From Chromera velia (taxonomy: Eukaryota): a stretch of DNA of 20,000 nucleotides. The DNA lies in contig JAHBMJ010000510.1 in assembly GCA_018398765.1 (NCBI GenBank), forward strand, positions 106,832 through 126,831, in the 5' to 3' direction. The position numbers and the translations under genes are program-made. Shown in pieces: positions 19,548 through 20,000 of the stretch. Within the stretch, counting starts at the first letter, position 1. Each line of letters starts with the position of its first letter. Below the pieces are notes generated by a model. It was not told where the DNA came from. It made no database searches and worked only from the letters and a program-made list of their open reading frames with translations.

Positions 19548-20000
19548 TCAGGACTCCTGCTCTGACGGTGAGTCATACGTGGACCCATTGTTTGCGCGCT
19601 CGCTGTGGGGTGAAAGGGAAGGGGCGGATCCAGGTGTGATGGGGGATGGGAGCTCCCCCTCCATCCCTTCTTGGGAGTGTGGGTCTTGATGTTGTTGGTC
19701 TGTAGAGACCGGGATGGGGGCGGGAGCTGGAACGGGTTCGGCAAGGGCGGCTGCACTGGAACTGGAACTGTTCTCATCTATTCTGTGCAATCTTCTTGAC
19801 TTTCCTGGTGACGATCTTCTCCAAGGGGGTTGTTGCGGGGGGGCGGGCGGGAGGGGGGGAGGAGGGGGTTCCGAAGAAGATGAAGCAACCGAAATGGCTG
19901 AAGGAGATGAAGATATCGAAACGGCTGGAGGGTGGGCTGGGAGGTGGGCTGGAGGTTCTGCGTTTACTGCTGGGATTGCTGAGGAGGAGGAGGAGGAGGA
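19548..20000 (-). CDS. Ser/Pro-rich low-complexity coding segment, truncated by the window edge
   Basis: Frame open from the window end to TGA at 19548 (SSSSAIPAVNAEPPAHLPAHPP...PPPLPPAPPQQPPW...). It may be a terminal exon or may splice to the exons on its left. Confidence 0.45.
   Translation of the reverse strand, partial: SSSSSSSAIPAVNAEPPAHLPAHPPAVSISSSPSAISVASSSSEPPPPPLPPAPPQQPPWRRSSPGKSRRLHRIDENSSSSSAAALAEPVPAPAPIPVSTDQQHQDPHSQEGMEGELPSPITPGSAPSLSPHSERANNGSTYDSPSEQES

Overview
Eukaryotic, intron-rich genomic DNA: GC-balanced genes alternate with AT-rich spacers, with many microsatellites and TGCATGCA clusters upstream of genes. This points to an apicomplexan-related alveolate such as a chromerid (inference only). 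Contents: (1) a + strand gene with repeated CxxC motifs and a C-terminal CaaX box, interrupted by an in-frame TGA and a frameshift (about 22-2470); (2) an 11-12 exon F-box + ankyrin-repeat gene with a long disordered tail (4191-11486); (3) a 649-bp non-autonomous foldback/MITE element with 117-bp terminal inverted repeats and 10-bp-periodic internal arrays (11971-12619); (4) a two-exon - strand gene for a secreted protein with a 10-Cys module followed by a probable BPI/LBP (TULIP)-like region (13474-15683); (5) a poorly resolved multi-exon - strand gene region running off the right edge. Gene models were built by hand from GT-AG sites and phase compatibility, and domain calls come from motif recognition, not database searches. 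No RNA genes or CRISPR arrays were recognised.
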